DNA of 64,000 bases, taken from the NCBI GenBank assembly GCA_041645215.1, contig JBAZQK010000008.1, forward strand, positions 1,744 through 65,743. Reading direction: 5' to 3'. This document shows positions 1 to 9,259 of the stretch, one piece after another (the stretch's first letter is position 1; the number at the start of each line of letters is the position of its first letter). The notes beneath the pieces are model-generated. The model ran no database searches. It was not told the origin of the DNA and saw nothing but the letters and a program-made list of their open reading frames with translations. The stretch is from Patescibacteria group bacterium. Its GTDB lineage: Bacteria > Patescibacteriota > Patescibacteriia > Veblenbacterales > UBA10138. The translations under genes were made by a program, and so were the position numbers.

Positions 1-503
1 ATTTCAAGAAAGAAGGTATTAAAAATTTCATTCTGCTGTCTGGTGATCGCGATGAAGTGGCCAAAAAAGTCGCTCTCTCGCTTGGTATTCAAGAAGCCCA
101 TGGCGATATCTTGCCTGACCAGAAACTCAAAATAATTGAGGATTTGCAGAAAAAAGGCCACAAAGTTGCGATGATTGGGGACGGCATTAATGACGCACCA
201 GCACTCAAACAAGCAGATGTGGGTATTGCAATGGGCGCGATGGGTATGGAGCCAGCCATAGAGGCATCAGACATCGCGCTGATGTCCAATGATTTAAAGA
301 AAGTTGCGATAGTGCATTCCATATCCAAACGAGTAATTCGCACTATAAAACAAAACATTATCCTCGGTCTGGGATTTACCCATGGACTCGGAATGATACT
401 TGCTCTACTTCATATTCTTAATCCAATTCAAGCGGCATTCTTTCATGCCGTTCCCGATCTTCTCATTTTGCTTAACTCCGGACGTTTGATTCAAAAAAAT
501 TAG
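1..503 (+). CDS. P1B-type heavy-metal ATPase, C-terminal part (5' truncated by window)
   Basis: LSGD, MIGDGINDAPAL and ADVGIAMG hinge motifs plus C-terminal TM helices; frame open from the window start. Confidence 0.9.
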   Translation, partial: FKKEGIKNFILLSGDRDEVAKKVALSLGIQEAHGDILPDQKLKIIEDLQKKGHKVAMIGDGINDAPALKQADVGIAMGAMGMEPAIEASDIALMSNDLKKVAIVHSISKRVIRTIKQNIILGLGFTHGLGMILALLHILNPIQAAFFHAVPDLLILLNSGRLIQKN

Positions 504-529
504 TATAATAAAATAACGCAAAATAATTT

Positions 530-1006
530 ATGAATAAAACAACCTCAACATCTGATTCTCCACAGGTAATCGCGCCACCGCCGTTCATTTATTTAGGCGG
601 AATCGCAGTCGGATTTATTCTTCACTTGATCAAACCTTTGTCGTTTCTACCAAAGAATTTCGCATTGCCACTTGGCGTGGTATTGATTGTGATTTCGGTT
701 TTGCTTGTTGTTACTGCTATACGCACGTTTATAAGAGCGAAAACAAATATTGATGTACGAAAACCAACCACAAGCATCGTCAGCGTTGGCCCCTACCGCT
801 TCACCCGCAATCCGATTTATCTCTCCATGGCACTCCTCACCATAGGCATAGCAGTTTGGGCTAATGCTCTATGGATACTCATCACACTCGTGCCTGTACT
901 TCTTGTAATGCAATTCGCGGTAATTCTTCGAGAAGAAGATTATCTCACAAGAAAATTCGGCGGGGAGTATTTGCAATACAAAACAAGGGTTCGTCGCTGG
1001 ATATAG
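530..1006 (+). CDS. Isoprenylcysteine carboxyl methyltransferase/PEMT-family membrane protein
   Basis: GPYRFTRNPIY and REE..L..KFG.EY..YK..VRRWI motifs. Confidence 0.85.
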   Translation: MNKTTSTSDSPQVIAPPPFIYLGGIAVGFILHLIKPLSFLPKNFALPLGVVLIVISVLLVVTAIRTFIRAKTNIDVRKPTTSIVSVGPYRFTRNPIYLSMALLTIGIAVWANALWILITLVPVLLVMQFAVILREEDYLTRKFGGEYLQYKTRVRRWI

Positions 1007-1038
1007 CCGCCGTAACTATGTTAAAAGATCAAAAATTT

Positions 1039-2649
1039 ATGAAAAATAAGACACTAATAGTAGGAATAGTTACTGTGGCGATATTGATTGCCGGAGGTTT
1101 CTTTTTCTCAAACAAATTCTCAAACAAAGGGAATGTTTCCAGTCAGACATTTTCAACGAGCACACAGGGCTTGCCCGAAGCCCAAACTTCGCAAACAGTT
1201 GAACTTAAGAATGGCGATAGCTACACTCTTACCGCGAGCATAGTAAAAAAAGAGATTGGCAATACCGAAGTAAAAATGCTGGCCTACAACGGCTCAATCC
1301 CCGGGCCGCTCATCAAAGTTGTTCAGGGAGCGGCAGTTACCATAAACTTTAAAAACGGCACGGATATGAAGACACTGCTCCATTCCCATGGCGTGCGGAT
1401 GGACAATCCCTTTGACGGCTCGCAGACAACACAGGCGGAAATGGAACCCGGGGAAACCTTTGCCTACAAGCTGAAATTCCCCGATGTTGGTATGTACTGG
1501 TACCACCCGCATGTGCGCGAGGATTACGCCCAGGAGCTTGGACTGTATGGAAATTACTGGGTGGTGCCAAGTGATTTAAATTATTGGTCGCCGGTTAATC
1601 GCGAAGTACCGCTTTTTGTGGATGACATTTTGATTGAGAACGGGGAGATACGTTTAAGCAAAAAATCCGTCGACCGAACGCTTACGGGACGATTCGGCAA
1701 GGTGATGCTTATAAACGGTGAATCCGATTATATTCTTAACGCCAAGGCGGGAGAGGTAATTCGCTTCTACCTTACCAACGCGGCCAATACACGCACCTTT
1801 AATCTGGCTATCAATGGAGTAAAAATGAAACTTGTTGGCGGCGATAGCGGCGCCTATGAAAAAGAGGAATGGAAAGAAAGTGTTATCCTAGGTCCATCAG
1901 AGCGGGTGATTGTTGAAGCGCTCTTTGATCGCGCGGGAACGTATACCATACAGCACAAAACTCCCAATCGCGAATACAAGATGGGGAAGGTTGTCGTGTC
2001 CGCAGACGTTATTTCCTCTTCGTATGCGAAAACTTTTTCTATTCTAAGAACCAACAAGGCGGCGGTGGCGGATATCGATCCATTTAGGGCCTATTTCACT
2101 AAACCGATTGCTAAGCGCATTTCTCTTAGTATTGATATGAGCAGGGGTGAGATGGGTTCAATGATGATGAGCCAGATGGCCGCTGGGTCTACTAGGGGGA
2201 ATATGTCGACCGGAGACCGGCCGGCCGGTGAAGCCGGAGGAGTGAGCCCCGACGGCATTGAGTGGGAAGATACCAATCCAATGATGAACAAAACATCAAA
2301 TGCCGCCATGACTCGGTGGAAGATTGTAGATGAGGCCACTGATCAGGCTAATATGGACATTGACTGGAAGTTTAAAGTCGGCGACAAAGTAAAAATAAGA
2401 ATTACGAACGATCCGAATTCAATGCATCCAATGCAACACCCGATTCATTTCCACGGCCAGCGATTTTTAGTGCTTGATCAGAGTGGCGTACCGCCGACCA
2501 ATCTTGTCTGGAAGGACACTGTATTGGTGCCATCCGGTCAGTATGTTGATATTCTACTCGACGCTTCCAATCCAGGTACATGGATGGCGCATTGCCACAT
2601 TGCCGAGCATTTGGAGGCCGGGATGATGATGAAATTTAAGGTGGAATAA
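1039..2649 (+). CDS. Multicopper oxidase with N-terminal membrane anchor
   Basis: HSHG, YWYHPH, HPIHFHG and HCHIAEH..AGMM copper motifs; Met-rich insert; start moved from ORF start 871 to ATG 1039 (or 1018). Confidence 0.92.
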   Translation: MKNKTLIVGIVTVAILIAGGFFFSNKFSNKGNVSSQTFSTSTQGLPEAQTSQTVELKNGDSYTLTASIVKKEIGNTEVKMLAYNGSIPGPLIKVVQGAAVTINFKNGTDMKTLLHSHGVRMDNPFDGSQTTQAEMEPGETFAYKLKFPDVGMYWYHPHVREDYAQELGLYGNYWVVPSDLNYWSPVNREVPLFVDDILIENGEIRLSKKSVDRTLTGRFGKVMLINGESDYILNAKAGEVIRFYLTNAANTRTFNLAINGVKMKLVGGDSGAYEKEEWKESVILGPSERVIVEALFDRAGTYTIQHKTPNREYKMGKVVVSADVISSSYAKTFSILRTNKAAVADIDPFRAYFTKPIAKRISLSIDMSRGEMGSMMMSQMAAGSTRGNMSTGDRPAGEAGGVSPDGIEWEDTNPMMNKTSNAAMTRWKIVDEATDQANMDIDWKFKVGDKVKIRITNDPNSMHPMQHPIHFHGQRFLVLDQSGVPPTNLVWKDTVLVPSGQYVDILLDASNPGTWMAHCHIAEHLEAGMMMKFKVE

Positions 2650-2702
2650 AAAATTGCAAAACCAGTCGTTCCTGAGCTGGTTTTAGTTATCCACAGCCCT
2701 AT

Positions 2703-2731
2703 TTGACAGATAGGGTATAGGGGTATAGAGT
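2703..2731 (+). promoter_or_regulatory. Sigma70 promoter with G-tract spacer, possible CsoR operator
   Basis: TTGACA-17 bp-TAGAGT; spacer contains TAGGGTATAGGGGTATA directly upstream of a csoR-like gene. Confidence 0.5.
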
Positions 2732-2771
2732 ATAAAAGAGGACGAGTTTTTACTTTTAATCTATAAAATTT

Positions 2772-3044
2772 ATGGTAGACCAAAAGTTAAAGAAACGGGC
2801 TATTCATCGAACTAAGATTATTATGGGGCAGGTTAAAGGCCTGACGCAGGCAATTGAAAAGGAACAATATTGCATTGAGCTTTTAAATCAATCGCTCTCC
2901 ATCCAGCGGTCTTTAAAGAGTTTGGACGCGTTACTGTTGGAAAATCACCTCAAAACTCATGTTCAGCACCAAATGCGGGCGACCGACGGAATTGCCAGGG
3001 CCGTTACGGAGTTAATAAAAATTTATCATTTAGCGAGCAAATAA
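2772..3044 (+). CDS. csoR: CsoR/RcnR-family metal-sensing repressor
   Basis: GQVKGL..IE.E.YC..LLNQ...L.NHL..HV pattern in a copper cluster. Confidence 0.8.
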   Translation: MVDQKLKKRAIHRTKIIMGQVKGLTQAIEKEQYCIELLNQSLSIQRSLKSLDALLLENHLKTHVQHQMRATDGIARAVTELIKIYHLASK

Positions 3045-3047
3045 TTT

Positions 3048-3437
3048 ATGAATTACGGTTACAAAAAACAGTTTAATGGTTCTTGGACGCAGGCCGTTGC
3101 CAAAATTAAAACCGAACTAGCCGAACAGGGCTTTGGCATTCTGACGGAGATAGATGTCAAGGCCGCTTTAAAAAATAAATTGGATATTGACTATGATAAT
3201 TATGTTATTTTAGGAGCCTGCAATCCACCATTCGCTTATCAAGCGTTGCAAGCGGAAAAAGACATCGGCCTGCTTTTGCCCTGCAATGTGATTGTGTACG
3301 AGGATAAGGGAAAGGTATTTGTGGCGGCGATTCTGCCCACGGTGGCGATGGACATGGTTGATAATTCAGCCTTGGCTGATATTGCCACCGAAGTGGAAGC
3401 AAAATTAAAAATAGCCGTTGATAATCTTAAAGTGTAA
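3048..3437 (+). CDS. DUF302-family protein
   Basis: GFGILTEIDV, ILGACNP and IGLLLPCNVIVYE motifs. Confidence 0.85.
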   Translation: MNYGYKKQFNGSWTQAVAKIKTELAEQGFGILTEIDVKAALKNKLDIDYDNYVILGACNPPFAYQALQAEKDIGLLLPCNVIVYEDKGKVFVAAILPTVAMDMVDNSALADIATEVEAKLKIAVDNLKV

Positions 3438-3441
3438 CCGT

Positions 3442-3627
3442 ATGCCAGAGTTCCAATGTGAAATTTGTAAATTAAAATATAAAGATAACTTAACCGCTCG
3501 GCAGTGCTATGAGTGGTGCCGTCAACATGATAGTTGCAATTGGCATATAGCCAGCCAGGCCATAAATAAAGACGAAGCCGAAAAACAAAAATTAAATGAT
3601 AAAAGATACAATGAATTTAATAATTAA
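3442..3627 (+). CDS. Small Cys/His-rich putative metal-binding protein
   Basis: CxxC...CxxWCxxHxSC; ATG at 3442. Confidence 0.65.
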   Translation: MPEFQCEICKLKYKDNLTARQCYEWCRQHDSCNWHIASQAINKDEAEKQKLNDKRYNEFNN

Positions 3628-3644
3628 AAATTGTTGTTAAATAT

Positions 3645-4349
3645 ATGAAAAAAATATTTTTTATAATCACGACTTTTATCATAATCGGAATAATTAATTT
3701 TACTGTAATTAGTACAGTGACGGCCCAGGCCGACAACTCTAACCAATCGCTGGACGCCCAACTTAAAGATGTTTTAGCAACCCAGAATATAACTGAAATC
3801 AGTAAAATTAACTGCGCGCAAGTTACGGATGAGCAATTTGCCAAATTGGGAGATGCTTATATGGAGCAAATTCATCCGGGCGTACAGCACGAGTATATGG
3901 ATAAAATAATGGGTGGAGAAGGTTCAACCTCTTTGCAAGCCGTGCATATTCGAATGGGACAAGCTTATTTGGGTTGCGGTTCATCGTGTTCGGCCGGCGC
4001 TATGATGGGTGGCGGTTATGGCATGATGGGCAGTGGAATGATGGGCGGGTATTATCTCAATAACGGCGCCGGATTTAATTCAACATTTAATTCTAATGAG
4101 AGGGGAGGTGTATATTCTATGATGGGTTTTCCTTTTATGAGCTTTGGTTTTGGCTGGGGTTGGCTAATAATGGTTTTATTCTGGATTTTGGTAATTATGG
4201 GAATTATTTGGCTGGTGAAATTATCGACCACTAAAAATAACGGTCAAAGTAAACCGTTAGATGCCCTGGAGATATTAAAAACCAGATACGCCAAAGGTGA
4301 AATTGGCCAGGAGGAGTTTGAGGAAAAAAAGAAGAACTTAACCAATTAA
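3645..4349 (+). CDS. Membrane protein with Met/Gly-rich linker and C-terminal SHOCT domain
   Basis: Signal/TM segment, GMMG repeats, ALEILKTRYAKGEIGQEEFEEKK. Confidence 0.8.
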   Translation: MKKIFFIITTFIIIGIINFTVISTVTAQADNSNQSLDAQLKDVLATQNITEISKINCAQVTDEQFAKLGDAYMEQIHPGVQHEYMDKIMGGEGSTSLQAVHIRMGQAYLGCGSSCSAGAMMGGGYGMMGSGMMGGYYLNNGAGFNSTFNSNERGGVYSMMGFPFMSFGFGWGWLIMVLFWILVIMGIIWLVKLSTTKNNGQSKPLDALEILKTRYAKGEIGQEEFEEKKKNLTN

Positions 4350-4363
4350 TTTAATTCAAAAAC

Positions 4364-4585
4364 ATGAAACCATCAAAATTAATGCATGTTATCAGCATTA
4401 TCGTGGGATTCGCCGGCGTGATTACATTTGCGGCCGCGATCCTCGGCGGCGCTGATAACCTTGTATTCGGGGTTACAAAAGTAGATGCCTTGCTCTACGC
4501 CGGGATTCTTGTTCTTATCGCAATCTGGGTTCAGATTGCAACCATTCATCACATGATGCTTGAGAAAAGCGGAGAGATCGTTTAA
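4364..4585 (+). CDS. Small two-TM membrane protein
   Basis: Two hydrophobic segments, HHMM tail; paralog at 6938. Confidence 0.7.
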   Translation: MKPSKLMHVISIIVGFAGVITFAAAILGGADNLVFGVTKVDALLYAGILVLIAIWVQIATIHHMMLEKSGEIV

Positions 4586-4603
4586 TCAATTAATTTAAAA
4601 TAT

Positions 4604-4876
4604 ATGGAACAATTATCACTTAAAAAATACGGCTGGAAATGCGTGCTCGGCTCTGAAATAGTTTACTTTATTTGTCTTTTGGGCGGACTACTCCCTTGGC
4701 GTACCGCGAGGGGCCTAGAACTGCATCACACATTCTTTGAAACTCTTCCCGGATTCACGTGGCTAACTGCCGGTAGCGTGATACTGGGAGCTATCTATTT
4801 CTTTATTTTTGCCTGGATCTTCGCCTGGTACTTCGTCTGGATGCACAACTCCAGCCTGGTTGAAAACAAGAAATAA
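4604..4876 (+). CDS. Small membrane protein (DUF5676-like)
   Basis: Two TM helices with LHH...LPGFTW. Confidence 0.6.
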   Translation: MEQLSLKKYGWKCVLGSEIVYFICLLGGLLPWRTARGLELHHTFFETLPGFTWLTAGSVILGAIYFFIFAWIFAWYFVWMHNSSLVENKK

Positions 4877-4890
4877 TATCATTAATCACT

Positions 4891-5211
4891 ATGTACGACC
4901 ATAACAACCAGAAAAACTCTTCCCTGATATGGATGATGCTCATCTGCCTATTGCTTTTGGTTGTTCTGCTTTTTACGGGAGGCAAGTTGTTGGCCGGCGG
5001 ATACCTCTGGCCGGTTCTTATTGGCGTCTTTGTCATCGCGCACCTCTGGATGATGTTCAAAGGACATAAAGGACACAGCGGGCACAGCGACGCTAATAGG
5101 GCAGAGAAATCTAACCTGCCGGTTCCGCTAAGCCCGGCGCCGGCCGGTGCAACTTTAGCAAAACAACCCGAGGCCAAGGACGAACATAAGCACGGCGGCT
5201 GCTGTCATTAA
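4891..5211 (+). CDS. Membrane protein with His/Cys-rich tail (DUF2933-like), copy 1
   Basis: HLWMMFKGH, C-terminal HKHGGCCH; near-identical to 7130..7450. Confidence 0.75.
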   Translation: MYDHNNQKNSSLIWMMLICLLLLVVLLFTGGKLLAGGYLWPVLIGVFVIAHLWMMFKGHKGHSGHSDANRAEKSNLPVPLSPAPAGATLAKQPEAKDEHKHGGCCH

Positions 5212-5230
5212 AAAATTGAAGCAGAAATAA

Positions 5231-6115
5231 GTGACAACTATGGAATTACTTTTAAGTGCCTCAATTATTGCCGCCTTTATCGCCGGCGTGGCCGCCCTCT
5301 TCGCGCCGTGTTGCATTACCGTACTTTTGCCGTCGTACTTTGCTTCCATTTTCCGCGAAAAGCGCAAGGTATTCGTGATGACTTTTATTTTCTTTTTGGG
5401 AATTCTCACGGTCTTTCTACCGATTGGATTAGGGGCAGCGGCTCTCGGCAAATTCTTCAGCCAATATCATAATGCGGTGTTTGGCATCGGCGGTATTTTC
5501 CTCACTGTATTAGGAATGATTATTCTTATCGGCAAGCATTTTTCGTTGCCATTTCAAGTACATCCGACGCTTAAAAAACACAGTGCGGCTTCGGTATTTA
5601 CGCTCGGCATATTTTCAGGAATCGCTACTACTTGCTGCGCGCCGGTACTTGCGGGCGTATTGGCCCTCGCAGCACTTCCCGGATCGGTATTTTGGGGTGG
5701 TATCTACACCTTAAGTTATGTTTTTGGAATGGTCGCGCCCCTCTTTCTGATTTCGCTTTTCCTTGATAAAGTCAATTTTGGACAAAAGCTCCAACAAATC
5801 TTCAATAGGCCGGTCCGATATCGATTAGTCGGCAAGGGAATAAGTATTACTGTTTCCGAAGCAGTGTCGGGCATCACTTTTCTTGCCATGGGCGTTTTGA
5901 TTCTTTATCTTGCGCTTACCAATCGACTCTTTATGCAAGCTGGAGGATATCAGATAAACATCAATATTTACCTCACAAAGGTTTTGCAATCAATAAGCGG
6001 CGTCGCGCAAGCGACTCCCGAATATGTATGGGCGCTTTTATTAATCATAATCATTGGCGGAATTGTCTGGCGCGTCGTTCGCCAATTAAATAAAGAAAAA
6101 TATGAACCCCGTTAG
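5231..6115 (+). CDS. DsbD/CcdA-like thiol-disulfide membrane protein
   Basis: FAPCC and TCCAPVL motifs, multiple TMs; stop TAG supplied by the inserted IR element. Confidence 0.8.
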   Translation: MTTMELLLSASIIAAFIAGVAALFAPCCITVLLPSYFASIFREKRKVFVMTFIFFLGILTVFLPIGLGAAALGKFFSQYHNAVFGIGGIFLTVLGMIILIGKHFSLPFQVHPTLKKHSAASVFTLGIFSGIATTCCAPVLAGVLALAALPGSVFWGGIYTLSYVFGMVAPLFLISLFLDKVNFGQKLQQIFNRPVRYRLVGKGISITVSEAVSGITFLAMGVLILYLALTNRLFMQAGGYQININIYLTKVLQSISGVAQATPEYVWALLLIIIIGGIVWRVVRQLNKEKYEPR

Positions 6116-6240
6116 AAGTCCTTGGCAGAAAAATTTTATTAAAATTTTTCTGCGTTAGACAAACGGGATATTCATAACATAACAATGGGACTGTCTGAAA
6201 TTGATTATTTTGATCATATAAAGACAGACTTCTAACGGGG
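6107..6240. mobile_element. CCCCGTTAGAA-family IR element (134 bp) in a start codon
   Basis: CCCCGTTAGAAGTC...GACTTCTAACGGGG flanked by TGAA direct repeats (6103-6106, 6241-6244). Confidence 0.85.
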
Positions 6241-6890
6241 TGAATAAAAAAATAAACGTTTCTACAATTGTTATCGCAATAGTAATTATTGCCGCCATAG
6301 GTCTTTTGATTTGGGGCGGCAGCCAGAATAAAACCAGCGCGCCGGCGGTGGATCAGCATGGGATGCCAATTGCCGCCAATACTTCGGTGGCGCCGCTTAA
6401 TGAACTGGTCAATAAATCGGCGCCGGATTTCGCGTTAGCTGACAAAGATGGCAAAATATATTCATTGAATGAATTACGGGGCAAAAACATTGTCCTCTTC
6501 TTTAACGAAGGATTAATGTGCTATCCTGCATGCTGGAACCAAATCGTTTCGCTCTCGCAAGACGAGCGCTTCAAAAATGACGACACCGTAATTCTCTCGG
6601 TTGTGGTTGACTCCAAAGAAGATTGGCAGCGCGCGGTTAACAAGATGCCCGAACTTGTTCAAGCGGCGGTAGTTTTTGATAACAACGCGTCTGTCTCAAA
6701 AAAGTTTGGCGTTCTTGCAACCCCGTCTTCTATGCACCCCGGTTCGCTTCCCGGTCATACCTATGTCTTGATTGATAAAGAAGGAATAATTAGATATGTT
6801 TTTGACGATCCGAATATGGGAATCCGCAACGATCAGTTAGTTGCAGAAATTTCGAAATTATCCCCGAGTAGTACTGGAAATACACCATAA
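6240..6890 (+). CDS. Membrane-anchored peroxiredoxin/AhpC-TSA redoxin
   Basis: APDFAL.D.DGK..SL.ELRGK, CYPAC, TYVLIDKEGIIRY; GTG start is created by the element end. Confidence 0.8.
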   Translation: MNKKINVSTIVIAIVIIAAIGLLIWGGSQNKTSAPAVDQHGMPIAANTSVAPLNELVNKSAPDFALADKDGKIYSLNELRGKNIVLFFNEGLMCYPACWNQIVSLSQDERFKNDDTVILSVVVDSKEDWQRAVNKMPELVQAAVVFDNNASVSKKFGVLATPSSMHPGSLPGHTYVLIDKEGIIRYVFDDPNMGIRNDQLVAEISKLSPSSTGNTP

Positions 6891-6937
6891 GGCCGATCAA
6901 TGCTAATTAATCAAAAGTAATCAGATTAACAATCAAT

Positions 6938-7111
6938 ATGAAATTATCAAAAGTGTTGCACGTTATTTCTGTTATCGCGGGGCTTGTTGGGGTTGCTATG
7001 TCGGCCTTCGCTGTTCTTATCTGGCCTGCTGATGTCGTGTGGTTTGGGCTCACGAGGGACATTGCGACTATGCATCACATGATGCTTGAAAATCGCGGAG
7101 AGATTATTTAA
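6938..7111 (+). pseudogene. Internally deleted paralog of 4364..4585 (57 aa)
   Basis: MKLSKVLHVIS...IATMHHMMLENRGEII; lacks most of the second TM. Confidence 0.6.
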
Positions 7112-7129
7112 TCAATTAATTCAAAGTAT

Positions 7130-7450
7130 ATGCACGACCATAACAACCAGAAAAACTCTTCCCTGATGTGGATGATGCTCATCGGCCTATTGCTTTTGGT
7201 TGTTCTGCTTTTCACGGGAGGCAAGTTGTTGGCCGGCGGATATCTCTGGCCGGTTCTTATTGGCGCCTTTGTCATCGCGCACCTCTGGATGATGTTCAAA
7301 GGACATAAAGGACACGGCGGGCACAGCGATGCTAATAGGGCAGAGAAATCTACCCTGCCGGTTCCGCTAAGCACGGCGCCGGCAGATGCAACTTTAGCAA
7401 AACAACCCGAGGCCAGGGGCGAACATAAGCACGGCGGGTGCTGTCACTAG
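7130..7450 (+). CDS. Membrane protein with His/Cys-rich tail (DUF2933-like), copy 2
   Basis: 106 aa, about ten substitutions relative to 4891..5211. Confidence 0.75.
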   Translation: MHDHNNQKNSSLMWMMLIGLLLLVVLLFTGGKLLAGGYLWPVLIGAFVIAHLWMMFKGHKGHGGHSDANRAEKSTLPVPLSTAPADATLAKQPEARGEHKHGGCCH

Positions 7451-7459
7451 TATTTCACC

Positions 7460-8101
7460 ATGGAAAATTCCTACGGCCTCTGGCCGCTCGTCATTATCAT
7501 CTCCTTGGCGCTCATTGCTTTCGCGGCCAGCTTTGTTCGGCCTAAAACAGCGCGGGATTGGCGGTCGCTCGGCGTGTTTTCGGCATTCGTTGTCGCCCTG
7601 TTTGCGGAGATGTACGGATTTCCACTGACCATCTATCTCGTGTCTGGGTGGCTTGTGAAGAATGTACCCGGTATTGATTTATTTTCACACAATTCCGGCC
7701 ATCTCTTTGAAGACCTCTTCGGGTGGGGCGGCGATCCGCACTTCGGACCGTTCCACATCGCCAGCTACATTTTAATTTTTTACGGCTTCGCGCTACTCGC
7801 TAATGCCTGGAAGGCACTCTATGCGGCCCGGCGCCAGCACACACTGGCAGTCACCGGTCCATACGCTCGCGTTCGCCATCCGCAGTATGTCGGCTTCGTC
7901 ATTATTATGCTCGGCTTCCTCTTGCAGTGGCCAACACTCCTCACGCTTGTTATGTTCCCGATTTTGGTATGGATGTATGTACGATTGGCCCGACGCGAGG
8001 AAGCCGACGCCAGGAAAGAATTTGGCGAAGTATGGGAAGCATACACCCGTCAGACCCCAGCTTTCATCCCCAAATGGGAATCAAAAATTGTTAACGCTTA
8101 A
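7460..8101 (+). CDS. Isoprenylcysteine carboxyl methyltransferase-family protein (copper-island type)
   Basis: EMYGFPLTIY, GPYARVRHPQY, REE...EFG. Confidence 0.85.
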   Translation: MENSYGLWPLVIIISLALIAFAASFVRPKTARDWRSLGVFSAFVVALFAEMYGFPLTIYLVSGWLVKNVPGIDLFSHNSGHLFEDLFGWGGDPHFGPFHIASYILIFYGFALLANAWKALYAARRQHTLAVTGPYARVRHPQYVGFVIIMLGFLLQWPTLLTLVMFPILVWMYVRLARREEADARKEFGEVWEAYTRQTPAFIPKWESKIVNA

Positions 8102-8108
8102 TGAAAAT

Positions 8109-8295
8109 ATGTTTCGCTCATTTTTCAATAAATTAAAAGGTGATTCCAGTAAAGAATTTCCCAAAGATCCGGTTTGTGGCAGGCGCGCAACCGCTGAAAT
8201 TATTTTAGTCTACAAAGGGCAGACTTATGCTTTCTGTTCGGATCACTGCCGAGGGGCAGTTTGAAAAAGACCCTGAAGCTTATATCGCAAAATAG
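8109..8295 (+). pseudogene. YHS-domain protein, frameshifted
   Basis: KDPVCG...YKGQTYAFCSDHC; the expected QFEKDPEAYIAK tail is in the +1 frame after GGGG 8253-8256. Confidence 0.75.
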
Positions 8296-8297
8296 CC

Positions 8298-8789
8298 ATG
8301 ATCAACAACATCGCCAAATCAATCCGGTACGGAACGCTCGCCAGCGCAATCTTGCTGGGGGTTTATTTTGCCATTCTCTCGTTGGTGTCGGGATGGGGGT
8401 TCGCCCAAAGTCAATTTGCTTCCTTTTGGTATTTTATTGTCAGTTTGGTAGTAGGTTTTGGAATTCAGATTGCATTGTACCAATACATTAAAAGTCTGGT
8501 GCATAGCGGACAGGGTATGGGCAAGGTAGTCGGTGTATCCGGAACCACTTCCACCGCGGCCATGATTTCCTGTTGCGCTCACTATTTAGTGAATTTAGTG
8601 CCTATTCTTGGAGTGACCGGGCTCGTGACATTTGTCGCGCAGTATCAAATTGAACTTTTCTGGGTAGGTCTTGCTTCTAATATATTTGGTATCGGATATA
8701 TGGTTAGTAAAATTATTAAATTTTTCGCCCAACGCGCCCGCCTGCCGGACGGGCAGGGATCCGCCTTTGGCGGAAAAAAAATACCATGA
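8298..8789 (+). CDS. Four-TM membrane protein with CCAH motif
   Basis: AMISCCAHY; C-terminus extended by a GC-rich palindrome. Confidence 0.75.
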   Translation: MINNIAKSIRYGTLASAILLGVYFAILSLVSGWGFAQSQFASFWYFIVSLVVGFGIQIALYQYIKSLVHSGQGMGKVVGVSGTTSTAAMISCCAHYLVNLVPILGVTGLVTFVAQYQIELFWVGLASNIFGIGYMVSKIIKFFAQRARLPDGQGSAFGGKKIP

Positions 8790-9250
8790 AAAAAACAATA
8801 ATAACAATTTTATCATTAGTTATTTTAATTGGAAGCTTTCTTATTTTTTATAAAAATCGTCCATTAGAACAAAAGAAGCCAGTTATTAATCAGACAGATC
8901 AGCAAACGAGCACGAAACAAAATTGGGAATCAAAAATTGATGATCAAACGGCGGTCACCGTTACCATCACTCCCACTGATATTTTGTCCCAATCAAAAGA
9001 GTGGAAATTTAGTATAGTCATGGATACTCATTCGGTTGAATTGGATCAAGATTTAATAAAGTCAGCTATTCTTATAGATGATATGGGGAAAGAATATAAA
9101 CCGCGCAATTGGGAAGGACCAGTCGGTGGTCATCACCGAGAAGGCGTGTTGGTGTTCAACGCTATTCAACCAATGCCAAAATCGGTCGAAATCAAAATTA
9201 AGGATGTCGGCGGAATTCAGGAGCGATCCTTCAAATGGGATTTGAAATAA
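8786..9250 (+). CDS. Membrane-anchored protein with MDTHS/GHH metal-binding-like motifs
   Basis: N-terminal TM; MDTHSVELD and GGHHREG. Confidence 0.7.
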   Translation: MKKTIITILSLVILIGSFLIFYKNRPLEQKKPVINQTDQQTSTKQNWESKIDDQTAVTVTITPTDILSQSKEWKFSIVMDTHSVELDQDLIKSAILIDDMGKEYKPRNWEGPVGGHHREGVLVFNAIQPMPKSVEIKIKDVGGIQERSFKWDLK

Positions 9251-9259
9251 ATCCAATTT

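Noticed and set aside
871-1038. N-terminal extension of the multicopper oxidase ORF
   Set aside because: Overlaps the upstream gene; the signal anchor begins after ATG 1018/1039.
7803-8264. 153-aa ORF
   Set aside because: Alternative frame of the methyltransferase gene joined to the broken YHS gene.
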